Shown here: positions 9,894 to 21,727 of the stretch, one piece after another | Numbering within the stretch: position 1 is the stretch's first letter | How the letters are laid out: each line of letters opens with the position of its first letter | DNA from: an uncultured Chloroflexia bacterium | GTDB taxonomy: Bacteria; Chloroflexota; Limnocylindria; Limnocylindrales; CSP1-4 | Assembly (NCBI GenBank): GCA_963779575.1 | Contig: CAVZYT010000002.1 | Coordinates: 16,654-80,653, forward strand | Direction: 5' to 3' | Length of the DNA: 64,000 nucleotides | Notes under the pieces: model-generated | Databases searched by the model: none | The model's input: only the letters and a program-made list of their open reading frames with translations | What the model was told of the DNA's origin: nothing | Program-made: the position numbers and the translations under genes

Positions 9894-10577
9894 TCAGCCG
9901 AGCTCGACGATGCGTCCCTCGATCTGGCCCGCGTCCGGGTAGTCCTCGCGGTGGGCCAAGCCGACCTCGGCCACGCCCAGACCCTCGCAGCTGCATCCGT
10001 CATGAACAGGTACGGTCGGTTCCCGATCTGCGCTCGGACGGTGTTCTTGAGCAGTCGATGCGCGATCGTCACCGCCGGCCGAGCAGGTCGCTCCCAGTGC
10101 CGACCGCCTGGCGGACCGAGACGCCCCGATGGAGGACGACCTTGAGGTCGAGGTGTGCGACGGCGGGGCAGGCCGTGCACACGTGGTCCGCGGCTGGGAT
10201 CGCCGCCGTGCGGTGGTCGATGAATGATCGGTACATGGCCCCGAGGTCCTTGAGGACCCGGGGGCCTTGCCCGTCGAGGCTCCCGCCGGCGCGGCGGCGA
10301 AGACCGCGTCGCCCTCGAGCTTCACGACCCCAAAGTCATGCTCGACGCCCTCGATGACGGAGTTCAGCAGGTCACCGAGCACCCCGTACGCCGCCGGGAT
10401 CCCGCCGCTGAAGTCGACCCCGTGCTCGTGCTCGACGCCGGTCATGAAGCCCGTGTAGCCGGTGATGTCGGCGAGCAGCAGGTACCGCTCCCCTGCCGAA
10501 GGCTCCGCCGTCGGTGACCCGGTTGCCTGCATCACGCCTCGTCCGGGCCTTCGGAACCGTCGCCCGCCGTGCGCCAC
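9894..10577 (-). CDS. DUF2652-like (nucleotide-cyclase-fold) protein, 2 frameshifts
   Basis: MQATGSPTAEPSAGERYLLLADITGYTGFMTGVEHEHGVDF...VVKLEGDAVFAAAP reads in one frame. It continues RVLKDLGAMYRSFIDH...VTIAHRLLKNTVRAQIGNRPYLFMTDAAARV in a second frame around 10285, and returns to the first frame around 9990. Confidence 0.5.
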   Translation of the reverse strand: MAHGGRRFRRPGRGVMQATGSPTAEPSAGERYLLLADITGYTGFMTGVEHEHGVDFSGGIPAAYGVLGDLLNSVIEGVEHDFGVVKLEGDAVFAAAPAGASTGKAPGSSRTSGPCTDHSSTTARRRSQPRTTCARPAPPSHTSTSRSSSIGASRSARRSALGATCSAGGDDRASTAQEHRPSADREPTVPVHDGCSCEGLGVAEVGLAHREDYPDAGQIEGRIVELG

Positions 10578-10993
10578 GAGCCCACGCCGTAGACCTTGTC
10601 GACCTCGACGTGAACGGTGAGCCCCGGCGGCATGTCGCGCATCGGGAACAACTGGCCGGGGCCGATGTAGAACTCGGCGAGCTGGTCCATCACGTCGAGC
10701 GCACCGCCGTCCTCGATCGTCGCGCGGCCGCGGATGACGAGGTACGGGTGGAGCACCTCTCCCCCGCTCTCGTGCGCCTGGAACGACAGCGTCACGCGCG
10801 GGTCACGGCGGAGGTTGTCGAACTTGGGCTGGTCCGAGAACGACGACCAGATCAGGCCGTCGCCGTCGACGCCGGCCCACGCGAGCGTGACGTGCGGCGT
10901 GCCGTCGGCGTTGATCGTCACCACGTGTGCGAGCGGGCCTGTCGCGAGGAAGTCGCGGGCGCCCTGGGGGATCGTTGCCATGCGAACGATCAT
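10532..10993 (-). CDS. PPOX-class F420-dependent / pyridoxamine 5'-phosphate oxidase family protein
   Basis: MATIPQGARDFLATGPLAHVVTINADGTPHVTLAW... Confidence 0.75.
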   Translation of the reverse strand: MIVRMATIPQGARDFLATGPLAHVVTINADGTPHVTLAWAGVDGDGLIWSSFSDQPKFDNLRRDPRVTLSFQAHESGGEVLHPYLVIRGRATIEDGGALDVMDQLAEFYIGPGQLFPMRDMPPGLTVHVEVDKVYGVGSWRTAGDGSEGPDEA

Positions 10994-11008
10994 ACGTGGC
11001 GCACGGGG

Positions 11009-11573
11009 TCAGGCGAGGACGGGCGCCTCCATTGACTTGAGCTCCTTGGCGATGTCCTCGGCCCAGGCCTCGATCGCCGGCCAGTCGCGGAAGTCGCCGG
11101 CCGGCAGCGCGTTTCTGGCCGCCGGGAGGACCCGCATGAACCCGGACATGACCTTCTCGGCCGTACCGACGGAGGGCGCCTCTGGATCGTAGGCACCGAA
11201 GAACACGCGCTCATCGCGCGGCTTGATCGTCCGAGCGAACTCGGCGAACTCCTTGGGTGCGGACGTCGTCAGCAGGTCACGCCCCTTCGCATCGACGGTG
11301 TCGGCGCTCGTCGGACCGCTGCTGAACAGCCATGTCGGCCGGCGCGCCAGCAGGTCGCGATTGTGGCGAACGAACGTCGTCGCGCCGCCCAGCCACCCGC
11401 CCATGTAGGCGGCGCTGCCGATCACGAAGGCATCGAATCCATCCAGGTCGCCGGCCTGATCAACCCGGCGCAGTTCGACGTCGAGTCCGCGCGCGCCCAT
11501 CGTCTGCGCGATTCGCTCAGCGATGCCCCGGGTCGCGCCGTGGCGACTCGCGTAGGCGACAAGAATTCTTCAT
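11009..11573 (-). CDS. Flavodoxin-domain protein (HemG-like), N-terminal frameshift
   Basis: Corrected reading is MKILVAYASRHGATRGIAERIAQTMGARGLDVELRRVDQAGDLDGFDAFVIGSAAYMG. One extra base near 11562 (aagaattctt instead of aagattctt) truncates the N-terminus to MKNSCRL...*. Confidence 0.7.
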
Positions 11574-11652
11574 GGCTGACCTCCAAGCATCGATCAGCGT
11601 CGCCCCGGTACGCCGTACCCGACAAGGGCCGAAGGTCGTCTCGTGCCGGGCC

Positions 11653-13318
11653 TCAGTGCGAGGGCACCTCGACGTCGCCGGTCGGATGGAGCTCGAACGC
11701 GATCGGGTCGCCGTAGAGCCAGCTGGCGAGGAGCTTCGTCTCGGCCTCCGTGTAGTCGCCCGTGAACACGAAGTTGCCCATCGCCGTCTGGCCCTCGATC
11801 GGGAGCGTCGCCAGAACCGTTCCGTCGAGGACGACGGCGACGTATTCGCCGGGATGGGCCGCGGCGTAGGCGCGGAACGCGTCGGTCGCCGGGTTGCCGA
11901 GATGAAACGCGACGCCACGGCGCCCGGTCACGGGATCCACATGGGACCTCGTCAGGCCCGCGCCGGCGGCCGGCGCGATCGGGGCAAGGGTCGGGTCGAT
12001 CTGGCTCCCCACAGCCGGCAGCGCGGTTCCGCCCGGCTTGGCGACCGAGCCATACGTGCTCGGGGGCAACGGGATGACGTTGAGCGCCCCATGGGCGGCG
12101 ATGAGGCGGCGATCCCCGTCGGGATCCGTCGTGTCGCAGATCGTGACCGTGAGCCGGTCCGGCGCCACCACGTCGACCTTCACGGGGCGGTTCGAGATGT
12201 CGAGTCGTGTGCGGATGGCGACCCCGATCGCATCGAGATCCGCTGCGGTCGGGCCCGTCCCGTTCGAGGGCAGCACCTGGAACTCGAGCCGAAGGTCGGC
12301 CGGTGGCTGACTCGGCCGGACGGGGTCCGGCACCGGCTGCACGGGCAGCTGGACGACGTTCGACGCGTCATCGGGCCGGGTGATGTCGAATGCGATCAGG
12401 AACCCGTCGTCGATGTCCGCGCCGGTCGCCGCGTCCTTGTGGCTCCCCTTGCCCGAGACCCGCGCGGCTGTCAGATAGCCGCCGTCCGCGGCGATCCACA
12501 GGTCCGCGGCCACGTCACCGTCGAACTGCAGGGCATCGGCGTACGCCTTCTCGCCGCCGGCGGTTCGCCGGAAGTGCTCGGTTGCCACGCCACCGTGCTG
12601 CTCCGTGCCGACGCGACGGTAGCCGGCCGCGAACGGTGTCACGATCCGGCCGGCCAGACCCTCGGGCGCGAGCGCCGCGATTCCATCGACGGCCGATTGG
12701 GATGAGCTGGGCTCGAGGACCCCAGACACGTTGTCGGTCGTCCACAGGTAGCCCTGGCCGACGACGGCCCGATCCGTTGCCGAGAACGCGGCACTTCCAT
12801 CCGGTTCGCGCATCCGCGTGCCGACGAGCGTGTCCATCGCAAAGCCGCTCGAGTGATCGACCGTCGCCACGCAGCCCGAAGTCGACCAGCGCGGGCGCGA
12901 GGGCGTTGATGTCTCGCCCGGAGATCTCGCTCGTGAACTGGTAGGACCCGAGGGCGGCGAGCTGGTCGACGGCGCGATCGACCGCGGCCTGGGCGTCGGC
13001 ATCTGCGCCCGCGATATTCGGTGCCGGTGCCGGTGCAAGCGTCGGGTCGGCAGGCGGCCCCGGCCTCGATGTGATCAGGTCCGCGCAGCCGAGGTCGACA
13101 TTCGGCGGGGGCGTGGCTTGCGGTGAAGGCTCGACGGCGGCCGACTGGATGGTTGCGGGGCTCGGTGTGGTTTGCGCCGTCGCGCCGGTGCTGGGTGCCG
13201 GGCTCGCCTGCGCGACGCAGCCGACCGCGACGAGCATCGCGCTCGAGCCGGCCACAAGCCACGCGCCAAACCTGTGGGTGCGTGCGGTCACCCTCGTGCC
13301 TGCGCCGTCCTTCGCCAC
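11653..13318 (-). CDS. Secreted lipoprotein of unknown function, one frameshift near 12880
   Basis: Signal/lipobox MAKDG...AMLVAVGC in one frame; the body (...LDGTVLATLPIEGQTAMGNFVFTGDYTEAETKLLASWLY...) in another. Confidence 0.55.
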
Positions 13319-13429
13319 GCTGGACCTCTTACCGTCGCTGGCGGGTTTCCCGGCAACGTAGCAGCCCGCACGGCCGCCGTCCTCTCGATCGCTGGTACCG
13401 GCCAGGGCACGCGTTCGGCTGGTCGCGAC

Positions 13430-15298
13430 TCAGCGACGATCCGCGGATCGGTCGGCGACGACTCGCTTCACGAACTCGAGCATCAGGGCCTGATGCCCGA
13501 TCGACAGCTCGTCGCTGCCGCCCATGTGGCCGGCGTCGAACCACTCGACCTCGACCGGGTGCCCACGCGCCTGGAGCCGCTCCACGTAGCGCTCGACCGG
13601 CCGTGCCGGCGTCCGGGTGTCGTTCCGGCCCTGGATGATCAGCACCGGGGCGCGGACGTCGTCGACGTAGGTCAGCGGCGACCCTGTCCGCATCGCCTCT
13701 GCCTTCTGCTCCGGGTCCCCGCCGAACAGCATGCGCTGGTACGACCGCAGCAGATCGCTCGAGTCCTCGTAGTTCATCACCCAGTCAGCGACGGCGACAC
13801 CGGCCATCCCCCCGGCCCACAGATCCGGCTGGCGCCCCAGGCCGAGCAGTGTCAGGTAGCCGCCGTAGGACCACCCGGTGAGCAGGATCTGGTCGGCGAT
13901 CGCGATCCCGTTCTCGATCAGCCACGCGCGGGCCGCCGCCATGTCCTGGATCTCGAGCTCGCCCAGCCGGCCCCAGATCGCCTGCTCGAACTCGCGCCCG
14001 AACGTGGTCGACCCGCGGTAGTTGAGCGACAGGAACGCGTACCCCTCGTCGAGGAACGCCTGCGCCTGGGCGTGGAAGGTCGCGAACGTGGCCGCTGTGG
14101 GGCCGCCGTGGGTCTCGAGGATCACCGGGTAGGGCGGGTCGCCGTCCGGTACGCCGAGCCAGGCCTGGAGCGGTGTGCCGTCACCCGACGGGAACGAGAC
14201 GCTGCGGAACGTGTGGCCGGCCGGAACGTCGCCGGCCGCGAGGATCGTCCGGGTCTGCCGCCCGGTGACCGGGTCCAGCCCGATCAGCCGCCGCGGCAGG
14301 CCGAAGTCCTCCCACCGGCAGACGATCTCGCTGCCGTCGGGCCGGAAGTACGACGCCATGAGTCGCAGATAGCCGAGGACGGCCCCGCTGGGGTGATCGA
14401 GGACCCGGATCGCGTCCGACTCGATGTTCCAGATCAATAGTCGCTGCTCGGCCTGATCGATCCGGCACAGGAGAGCCTCTCGCCCGTCGGGTGACCAGTC
14501 GAGGGCGAGGATGTCGCCGCTGGGCGCGTCGGCGGGCAGGTTGCGCCGTTCGCCGGAGGAAGCGTTCCAGATGAAGGCCCGCTCGCGGCCCGAGGCGTTG
14601 GTCGTCGCGAGCAGCCGGTGGTCGTCGTGCCCTGGCGCGAAGGCATGGACCTGGATGCTGGTCCCCTCCCCGTCCCACAGCTCCGGGCCGGGCTCGCCAC
14701 GCACGGTGTCGGCCGTCAGCAGGCTCAGCTCGAGCCCCGTCGACCGATGAGCCGACCCGAATGCCACCGTCGACCCATCGGCGCTGATGGCGAGTGTCGT
14801 CAGACCCGCCGCCGTGTGGTGAACGGTCTGGAGCTCGCCGACCCCGCCGTCCTCCGCGATGACCGCGACTCGAACGGCGAGCCGGTCGTCGGACGCCGTG
14901 ATGAACGCGACCCGGCCGCCGAACCGGCTGAACGCGATGTCCTCCGAGGCGTAGGGCGCGATGTGTGGGCTCAGGTCGATTGGCTCGCCCCCGACCGACG
15001 GCACGGCGACCCAGTGGCCGATCTCGTTGCCGCCCGCGTCGCGGAGCCAGATGACCCATCGGCCGTCTGGTGTGAGCCGCCCGAGGATCCGGCCACCCGG
15101 CTCGAAGGTCAGCTGGGTCAGCTCTCCCGTCGCGGTATGCCAGCGGTACAGCTGGGGGGCGCCGCTGGCGTTCGAAGACACGAGGCCGACGTCGGGCGCG
15201 TCGATCGCGATCGTGCTCAGGAGGACCGCGGAGGCGCGGAACCGCTCCGCCCAGCCAGGACCGGTCGCAACCGGCGGATCGGATTGGATCAGCGACAA
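13430..15298 (-). CDS. S9 family serine peptidase (acylaminoacyl-peptidase / prolyl oligopeptidase-like beta-propeller plus hydrolase)
   Basis: GWSYGGYLTLL nucleophile elbow, ...IIQGRNDTRTP, and a beta-propeller N-half. Start chosen at the TTG at 15298 (GGAGG 8 nt upstream) rather than the acidic, His-rich track N-terminus. Confidence 0.8.
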   Translation of the reverse strand: MSLIQSDPPVATGPGWAERFRASAVLLSTIAIDAPDVGLVSSNASGAPQLYRWHTATGELTQLTFEPGGRILGRLTPDGRWVIWLRDAGGNEIGHWVAVPSVGGEPIDLSPHIAPYASEDIAFSRFGGRVAFITASDDRLAVRVAVIAEDGGVGELQTVHHTAAGLTTLAISADGSTVAFGSAHRSTGLELSLLTADTVRGEPGPELWDGEGTSIQVHAFAPGHDDHRLLATTNASGRERAFIWNASSGERRNLPADAPSGDILALDWSPDGREALLCRIDQAEQRLLIWNIESDAIRVLDHPSGAVLGYLRLMASYFRPDGSEIVCRWEDFGLPRRLIGLDPVTGRQTRTILAAGDVPAGHTFRSVSFPSGDGTPLQAWLGVPDGDPPYPVILETHGGPTAATFATFHAQAQAFLDEGYAFLSLNYRGSTTFGREFEQAIWGRLGELEIQDMAAARAWLIENGIAIADQILLTGWSYGGYLTLLGLGRQPDLWAGGMAGVAVADWVMNYEDSSDLLRSYQRMLFGGDPEQKAEAMRTGSPLTYVDDVRAPVLIIQGRNDTRTPARPVERYVERLQARGHPVEVEWFDAGHMGGSDELSIGHQALMLEFVKRVVADRSADRR

Positions 15299-15731
15299 CG
15301 GCCGGACCTCCAGGTGGGTGTCGTTCGCATCATGCGCGGCCTGTTCACCGGTGTCTCGCCGCGCCCGCTCCCGTCTGTCAGGATGCGGAGGGTCGATCAG
15401 ACGCCCGGCGACCTCATGTGGGCAGGGATCTTCGGACCCGTGCTCTTCGTCATCGTGTTCGTGGTCGAGGGAGCGATCCGCGCCGGGTACGACCCGGTTC
15501 GTAGGCGGCCCTGCCTGGATCGCGGCTTTGGCGGCGATCGGGCTCCTGGATTTCGTCCCGCAGCCGTTTGATTGACCCATTTGCGTCGTTGCCCGCCTCT
15601 CTAGGGTGTGACGCCAATGAGGGAGACGAGCGACGTGGCCGCGGACGACGAGGCCGGGTGGGTCACGGCCCACGACGTTTCGAAGATCTGGCGCCTGCCG
15701 CTCAAGTGACACGGCAGGCGCATAAGCGGCG

Positions 15732-16008
15732 TCAGGACGCGGGCTGGTCCCCGGCGACCTGCTCGGCCGCGAGCTGCTCCAGGAAGATCTTCCGGAGAGC
15801 GTCGATCATGGCCTGCGCCTGGTCGAGGTCCTTCTGGTTCGGCTCGGCGTGGTCGGCCATGATCCCGCAGTACACGTCGTGGATCGCCTGGCTCATCGTC
15901 TCCTGGTCGGCAACCGCAAGCCCGCCCTCCTGGATCCGTTTGACGGTCTCGCTGTCGGCCGGCAAGTGCATCGTCTCGACCAGCGACGCTCGCATGCTCA
16001 TCGACTTC
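15732..16008 (-). CDS. Small hypothetical protein (about 91 aa)
   Basis: MSMRASLVETMHLPADSETVKRIQEGGLAVADQ... with a GGAGAAG Shine-Dalgarno 4 nt upstream. Confidence 0.5.
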
Positions 16009-16179
16009 TCCTCGTTTGGCGGCGGGACGCGAAGCCTACGCCATCGGCGACGTAGAGTTCGAACCGACCTCACCGGGCAAGGTCGCCGGCGCCCGCCGCA
16101 GGATTCCTGACGTGGCCTGTCATCAACGCGTCCCAGACTCTGTGGCGTCAAGCCGGGACAACGGGTGGGAGGAGCGCGA

Positions 16180-17115
16180 ATGACGGTCGTGGAGTGGCTG
16201 CTGGATGCGGACCCCGCCCTCCGCTGGCAGGTGATGCGGGACCTGACCGACGAGCCCGCAGAGGTCGTGGCCGTCGAGCGAGCCAGGATCGCCATCGAAG
16301 GTTGGGGGGCACGGCTGCTCGCGCTTCAGGCGCCGGACGGCCTGTGGGCCGGCAACGCCTGGTCACACGACTGGACGGACACCTTCCACGTGCTGGAGCT
16401 CCTCCGACGGTTCGGGCTCGACCCCGAGAGTGAGCAGGCTCAACGGGCCGTCGGCCTCGTCCGCGAGCATGTGACGTGGGGAGACGGCGCCCCGTGGGAG
16501 AGCGCCTGGGCCGCGAACCGGTTCTTCCAGGGCGAGGTCGAGCCGTGCATCAACGGCAACGTGGTCTCGACCGGCTCCTACTTCGGCGTGGACATGTCGC
16601 CGTTCGTGGACCGGCTCCTGGGCGAGCAGCTCCCCGACGGCGGCTGGAACTGCGAGGTCGAGAACGGTGCGACCGTGTCGTCGTTCGGGACCACGATCAA
16701 CGTCCTCGAGGGCCTGCTCGAGCACGAGCGGGCGATTGGCGGCTCCGCCGAGGTTCGTGCGGCACGCGGCCGCGGCGAGAACTACCTGCTCGAGCGCGGG
16801 CTGTTCCGGCGAAAGTCGACCGGCGAGGTCATCGACCCGAGCTGGCTCCAGTTCGCCTTCCCGACCTGGTACCACTACGACCTCCTGCGGGGGCTCGATT
16901 ACCTGCGTAGTGCCGGCGTCACGCCGGACGAGCGGGTCGCCGAGGCCATCGCACTCGTCGAGCAGAAGCGCGGTGAGGACGGCCGATGGCCTCTCGAGCA
17001 AACGTACGAGGGCGAGGCATGGCTGACCATGGACGACGGCGACGGCCAACCGAGCCGCTGGATCACCCTGGGTGCCATGCGGGTCCTGCGCTGGGCCGGG
17101 CGCGCCACACATTGA
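16180..17115 (+). CDS. Prenyltransferase / squalene-cyclase-repeat (alpha-alpha toroid) protein
   Basis: Repeated Q-x-x-DG-x-W motifs (LQAPDGLWAGNAW, QLPDGGWNCE, KRGEDGRWPLEQ) are typical QW repeats. Confidence 0.6.
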   Translation: MTVVEWLLDADPALRWQVMRDLTDEPAEVVAVERARIAIEGWGARLLALQAPDGLWAGNAWSHDWTDTFHVLELLRRFGLDPESEQAQRAVGLVREHVTWGDGAPWESAWAANRFFQGEVEPCINGNVVSTGSYFGVDMSPFVDRLLGEQLPDGGWNCEVENGATVSSFGTTINVLEGLLEHERAIGGSAEVRAARGRGENYLLERGLFRRKSTGEVIDPSWLQFAFPTWYHYDLLRGLDYLRSAGVTPDERVAEAIALVEQKRGEDGRWPLEQTYEGEAWLTMDDGDGQPSRWITLGAMRVLRWAGRATH

Positions 17116-17140
17116 TGCGCTGCAGCAGGAGGTCCGCGCG

Positions 17141-17857
17141 ATGACGAGTGCACCGATCATCCTCGTGCCCGGGTTCTGGCTCGGCGCATGGGCGTGGGAC
17201 GAGGTCGCGGCGATCCTGCGATCCGACGGGTATGGCGTGACGGCGATGACTCTGCCGGGCCTCGAGTCGGCCGATGCCGATCGTTCCAGCATCTCGTTCG
17301 ATGACCACGTGGACGCGATCGTGGCCGCCCTCCGCGCCGCGCCATCGTCGGCCGTTCTCGTCCTCCACAGCGCGACCGGGTTTTCGGGCTATGCCGCGAG
17401 CGACATCGTCCCGGATCGGATCGCCGCGATGGTCTACGTCGATACGGCTCCCGGGAAGGGCGCTCTCGATCCGGCGTTCGAGGGCGACGAGAAGCCGATG
17501 GTGTGGGAGGAGATCGAGGCGGAGGAGAACCTCGACGGCCTGAGCGAGGAGCAGCGTGCGACGTTCCGCGACCGGGCAGTGCCGGTGCCGGGGAGCCTCA
17601 TCCGCGAGGGGCACGAGTTCACCAACGACGCCCGCAGGGACATCCCGGCGACCATCATCGCGACCGGCTACACCTCCGAGGACTACCAGCGCTACGCCCG
17701 GGAGCACCCGGACTGGGCGTTCCTCGCCGGCCTCCCCGAGCTGCGCAACCTGACCTGGATCGACTTGCCGACGAGCCACTGGCCGATGTGGTCGAAGCCC
17801 GCGGACATCGCCCGGATCATCGGGGACATCGCGACCCGCGCAGGCGCAGGCGAGTGA
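17141..17857 (+). CDS. Alpha/beta hydrolase
   Basis: MTSAPIILVPGFWLGAWAWDEV...VLVLHSATGFSG. Confidence 0.75.
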   Translation: MTSAPIILVPGFWLGAWAWDEVAAILRSDGYGVTAMTLPGLESADADRSSISFDDHVDAIVAALRAAPSSAVLVLHSATGFSGYAASDIVPDRIAAMVYVDTAPGKGALDPAFEGDEKPMVWEEIEAEENLDGLSEEQRATFRDRAVPVPGSLIREGHEFTNDARRDIPATIIATGYTSEDYQRYAREHPDWAFLAGLPELRNLTWIDLPTSHWPMWSKPADIARIIGDIATRAGAGE

Positions 17858-18360
17858 CTGCGTCGCTCCTCGACGACGCGCTGGCCCACCACATCTGGGC
17901 GACCGAGCGCCTGATCGACGCGTGTGCCGCCCTCGCGCCCGAGCAGCTGGCGACGCCGGCCCGCGGGACGTACGGCTCGATCCTCGACACGTTCCGACAC
18001 CTCGTCGGCACGGATTGCTGGTATCTCACCTTCTTCCGCGAGGGACCGCGCGCGATCGACGAGGGTGCCGAGGTCGACGCGGGCCTGGACGTCCTGCGAG
18101 CGGCAATCAGCGCGAACGGCGAGGCCTGGATGGCGGTCCTGGCCGCGAACCCGGACGGCGAGACGGACATGGTCGAGCACGGCGATGGCTGGGACTTCCA
18201 CTCCCCGCTCGGGTTCCGCCTCGCCCAGGTGATCCAGCACGGAACGGACCACCGCAGCCAGATCTGCACCGCGCTCACGAGCCTCGGCGTCGAGCCACCG
18301 GTGATCGACCTGTGGGCCTACGGCGAGGCGACCGGACGCACTCGCGGCGTGTACCTGTAG
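17854..18360 (+). CDS. DinB-family (DinB_2 / DUF664) protein
   Basis: GTG start overlapping the upstream stop (GTGA). ...HIWATERLIDACAALAPEQLATPARGTYGSILDTFRHLVGTDCWYL... Confidence 0.7.
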   Translation: MTASLLDDALAHHIWATERLIDACAALAPEQLATPARGTYGSILDTFRHLVGTDCWYLTFFREGPRAIDEGAEVDAGLDVLRAAISANGEAWMAVLAANPDGETDMVEHGDGWDFHSPLGFRLAQVIQHGTDHRSQICTALTSLGVEPPVIDLWAYGEATGRTRGVYL

Positions 18361-18386
18361 CGTGTCGCGTGGCGTAGAGTCTGGGT

Positions 18387-18641
18387 GTGGGTAGGCCGAT
18401 CGACACGTCACCGGATGCCTACCGCAGGCAACTCGAGATGCTCCGGGCGATTCCCCCGGCACGGCGCCTGCGGATGGCTGATGAGATGAGCTCCGAGGTA
18501 CGTGAGCTCGCCGAATCCGGGTTGCGGCACGCATGGCCCACGCTGAGCGACGACGAGCGGCACCACGCCCTCGCGGAGATGCTTCTCGGATCGCACACGG
18601 CAGGCGCGGGTCGACAGGAGCGTTCGGACCGCCCCCGGTGA
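18387..18641 (+). CDS. Small hypothetical protein (84 aa)
   Basis: MGRPIDTSPDAYRRQLEMLRAIPPARRLRMADEMSSEVRELAESGLRHAWPTLSDDERHHALAEML... Confidence 0.4.
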   Translation: MGRPIDTSPDAYRRQLEMLRAIPPARRLRMADEMSSEVRELAESGLRHAWPTLSDDERHHALAEMLLGSHTAGAGRQERSDRPR

Positions 18642-18931
18642 CCTTCGCGGATCTCCTCGCGGACATCGTGGTCCGGCTCGATCAATCTGGTGTCCCGTAC
18701 ATGGTCACCGGTTCGCTCGCGAGCTCCTACTACGGCGAGCCGAGGTCGATCGCGAAGCTCGAGTGGGCGTCCTTGTCCGACTCTGACCGCCAGCGACGCG
18801 ACGTCATGGCGATCGTCAACGTAGTTCGCACGTTGGATGCCGCCTACATTGATCGCTGGGTTGCGCGACTCGGACTCACCGGGCAGTGGCAGGCCGTTCG
18901 CGACGTCACGGGCGAGGGTGACGCCCGATGA
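18640..18931 (+). pseudogene. Nucleotidyltransferase-family protein remnant (internal deletion)
   Basis: VTFADLLADIVVRLDQSGVPYMVTGSLASSYYGEPRS is a typical N-terminus of the minimal nucleotidyltransferase family. It is joined directly to a typical C-terminus ...DVMAIVNVVRTLDAAYIDRWVARLGL. The middle, including the catalytic region, is missing. Confidence 0.4.
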
Positions 18932-18961
18932 CGGTCTCGGTCCTCGACGACGCGACGTCGG

Positions 18962-19324
18962 TCAGCGGCCGGCCAAGCCGACGAACGGGCGAACCTCGAT
19001 TGGCGTGCTGATTGCGAGCGTCACCTTGCCTGCCCACTCGACGGCCGCGTCGAGGTCCGGCGCCTCGATGATGTAGAACCCACCCAGGAATTCCTTGGTC
19101 TCCGCGTACGGACCGTCGGTCGTCCGGATCCGCTTCTTCGAGGGGCGGACGACCCGCGCCCGATCGGGCCCGTCAAGACGGCCGCTCAGCACGAATGCAC
19201 CAACCGCACGCATCTCGGCCTCTACCGCGGCGACCTGCTCGAAGCCGCGACGCATCTCTTCGTCGGTCATGGTTCGCGTGAGGTTCTCGGCGCCCGTGTG
19301 GACCGACAGCAGGTAGTTGGGCAT
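18962..19324 (-). CDS. YciI-like / DGPF-domain protein
   Basis: MPNYLLSVHTGAENLTRTMTDEEMRRGFEQVAAVEAEMRAVGAFVLSGRL...YIIEAPDLDAAVEWAGK. Confidence 0.7.
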   Translation of the reverse strand: MPNYLLSVHTGAENLTRTMTDEEMRRGFEQVAAVEAEMRAVGAFVLSGRLDGPDRARVVRPSKKRIRTTDGPYAETKEFLGGFYIIEAPDLDAAVEWAGKVTLAISTPIEVRPFVGLAGR

Positions 19325-19452
19325 GGTGGTCGCTCCTTCGTGTTTTGGGCGAGTCACGTACCCGCCGCTCGAACCGGTGACGAGCGGTTACGTTGCGGTT
19401 CGACATTTTTGCGCGAACAACGGCACAGCTCGCGACGGCGTGTCCCTCGCGA

Positions 19453-21130
<1,678 letters not shown>

Positions 21131-21154
21131 AGCCGCTAGGGTATCGGTCGCGTC

Positions 21155-21727
21155 GTGATGAGGGAGGAATGGAGCCCGATGGCCGTGGTCCAGCTACGCG
21201 ACATCGTGACCGACGCCGAGCGGTCGGCCGTTCTCGAACTCCGGCGCGGACCCGGGCAGGAGCGCCATCTCGGCTCGATGGAGAGCCACTTCGAGGACGC
21301 GATCGCCGACGCCCACGCCTGCCCGCGGATGTGGTCTGTCCACGACGGCGACGTCCTGGTCGGGTTCGTGATGATCAGCGACGGGATCCCGGAGGAGCAG
21401 CTGGCGGCCGACGATGACATGGTCGGGCCGTACTTCCTGTGGCGACTGCTCATCGACGAGCGCTTCCAGGGACGCGGGTACGGGGCGGCAACGATCGATG
21501 CCGTGGTGGTCTATCTCCGGACCCGACCGGGCGCGGCCATCCTGTGGACGAGCTGCAAGGCCGGACCGGGCTCACCGCAACCCTTCTACCTGCACTACGG
21601 GTTCGTGATGTCGGGTGACGTCAAGTGGGGCGAGGACCTGCTGCGGCTCGACCTTGACGACGCGACGTCAGGCGATCGCGACCGGGCGCTCCACGGCGGA
21701 GTCGGGCTGGAACCGACGGTCGACTAG
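21155..21727 (+). CDS. GNAT family N-acetyltransferase
   Basis: ...[41 protein letters not shown]... Confidence 0.7.
   Translation: MMREEWSPMAVVQLRDIVTDAERSAVLELRRGPGQERHLGSMESHFEDAIADAHACPRMWSVHDGDVLVGFVMISDGIPEEQLAADDDMVGPYFLWRLLIDERFQGRGYGAATIDAVVVYLRTRPGAAILWTSCKAGPGSPQPFYLHYGFVMSGDVKWGEDLLRLDLDDATSGDRDRALHGGVGLEPTVD

Noticed and set aside
15618-15710. 30-aa plus-strand ORF (MRETSDVAADDEAGWVTAHDVSKIWRLPLK) in the spacer after the S9 peptidase gene
   Set aside because: No convincing ribosome-binding site and no support beyond being an open frame.
16040-16090. tRNA-like TTCGAAC (T-loop-like) motif
   Set aside because: No acceptor, D-arm or anticodon-arm pairing could be built around it. 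No tRNA gene is supported anywhere in the window.
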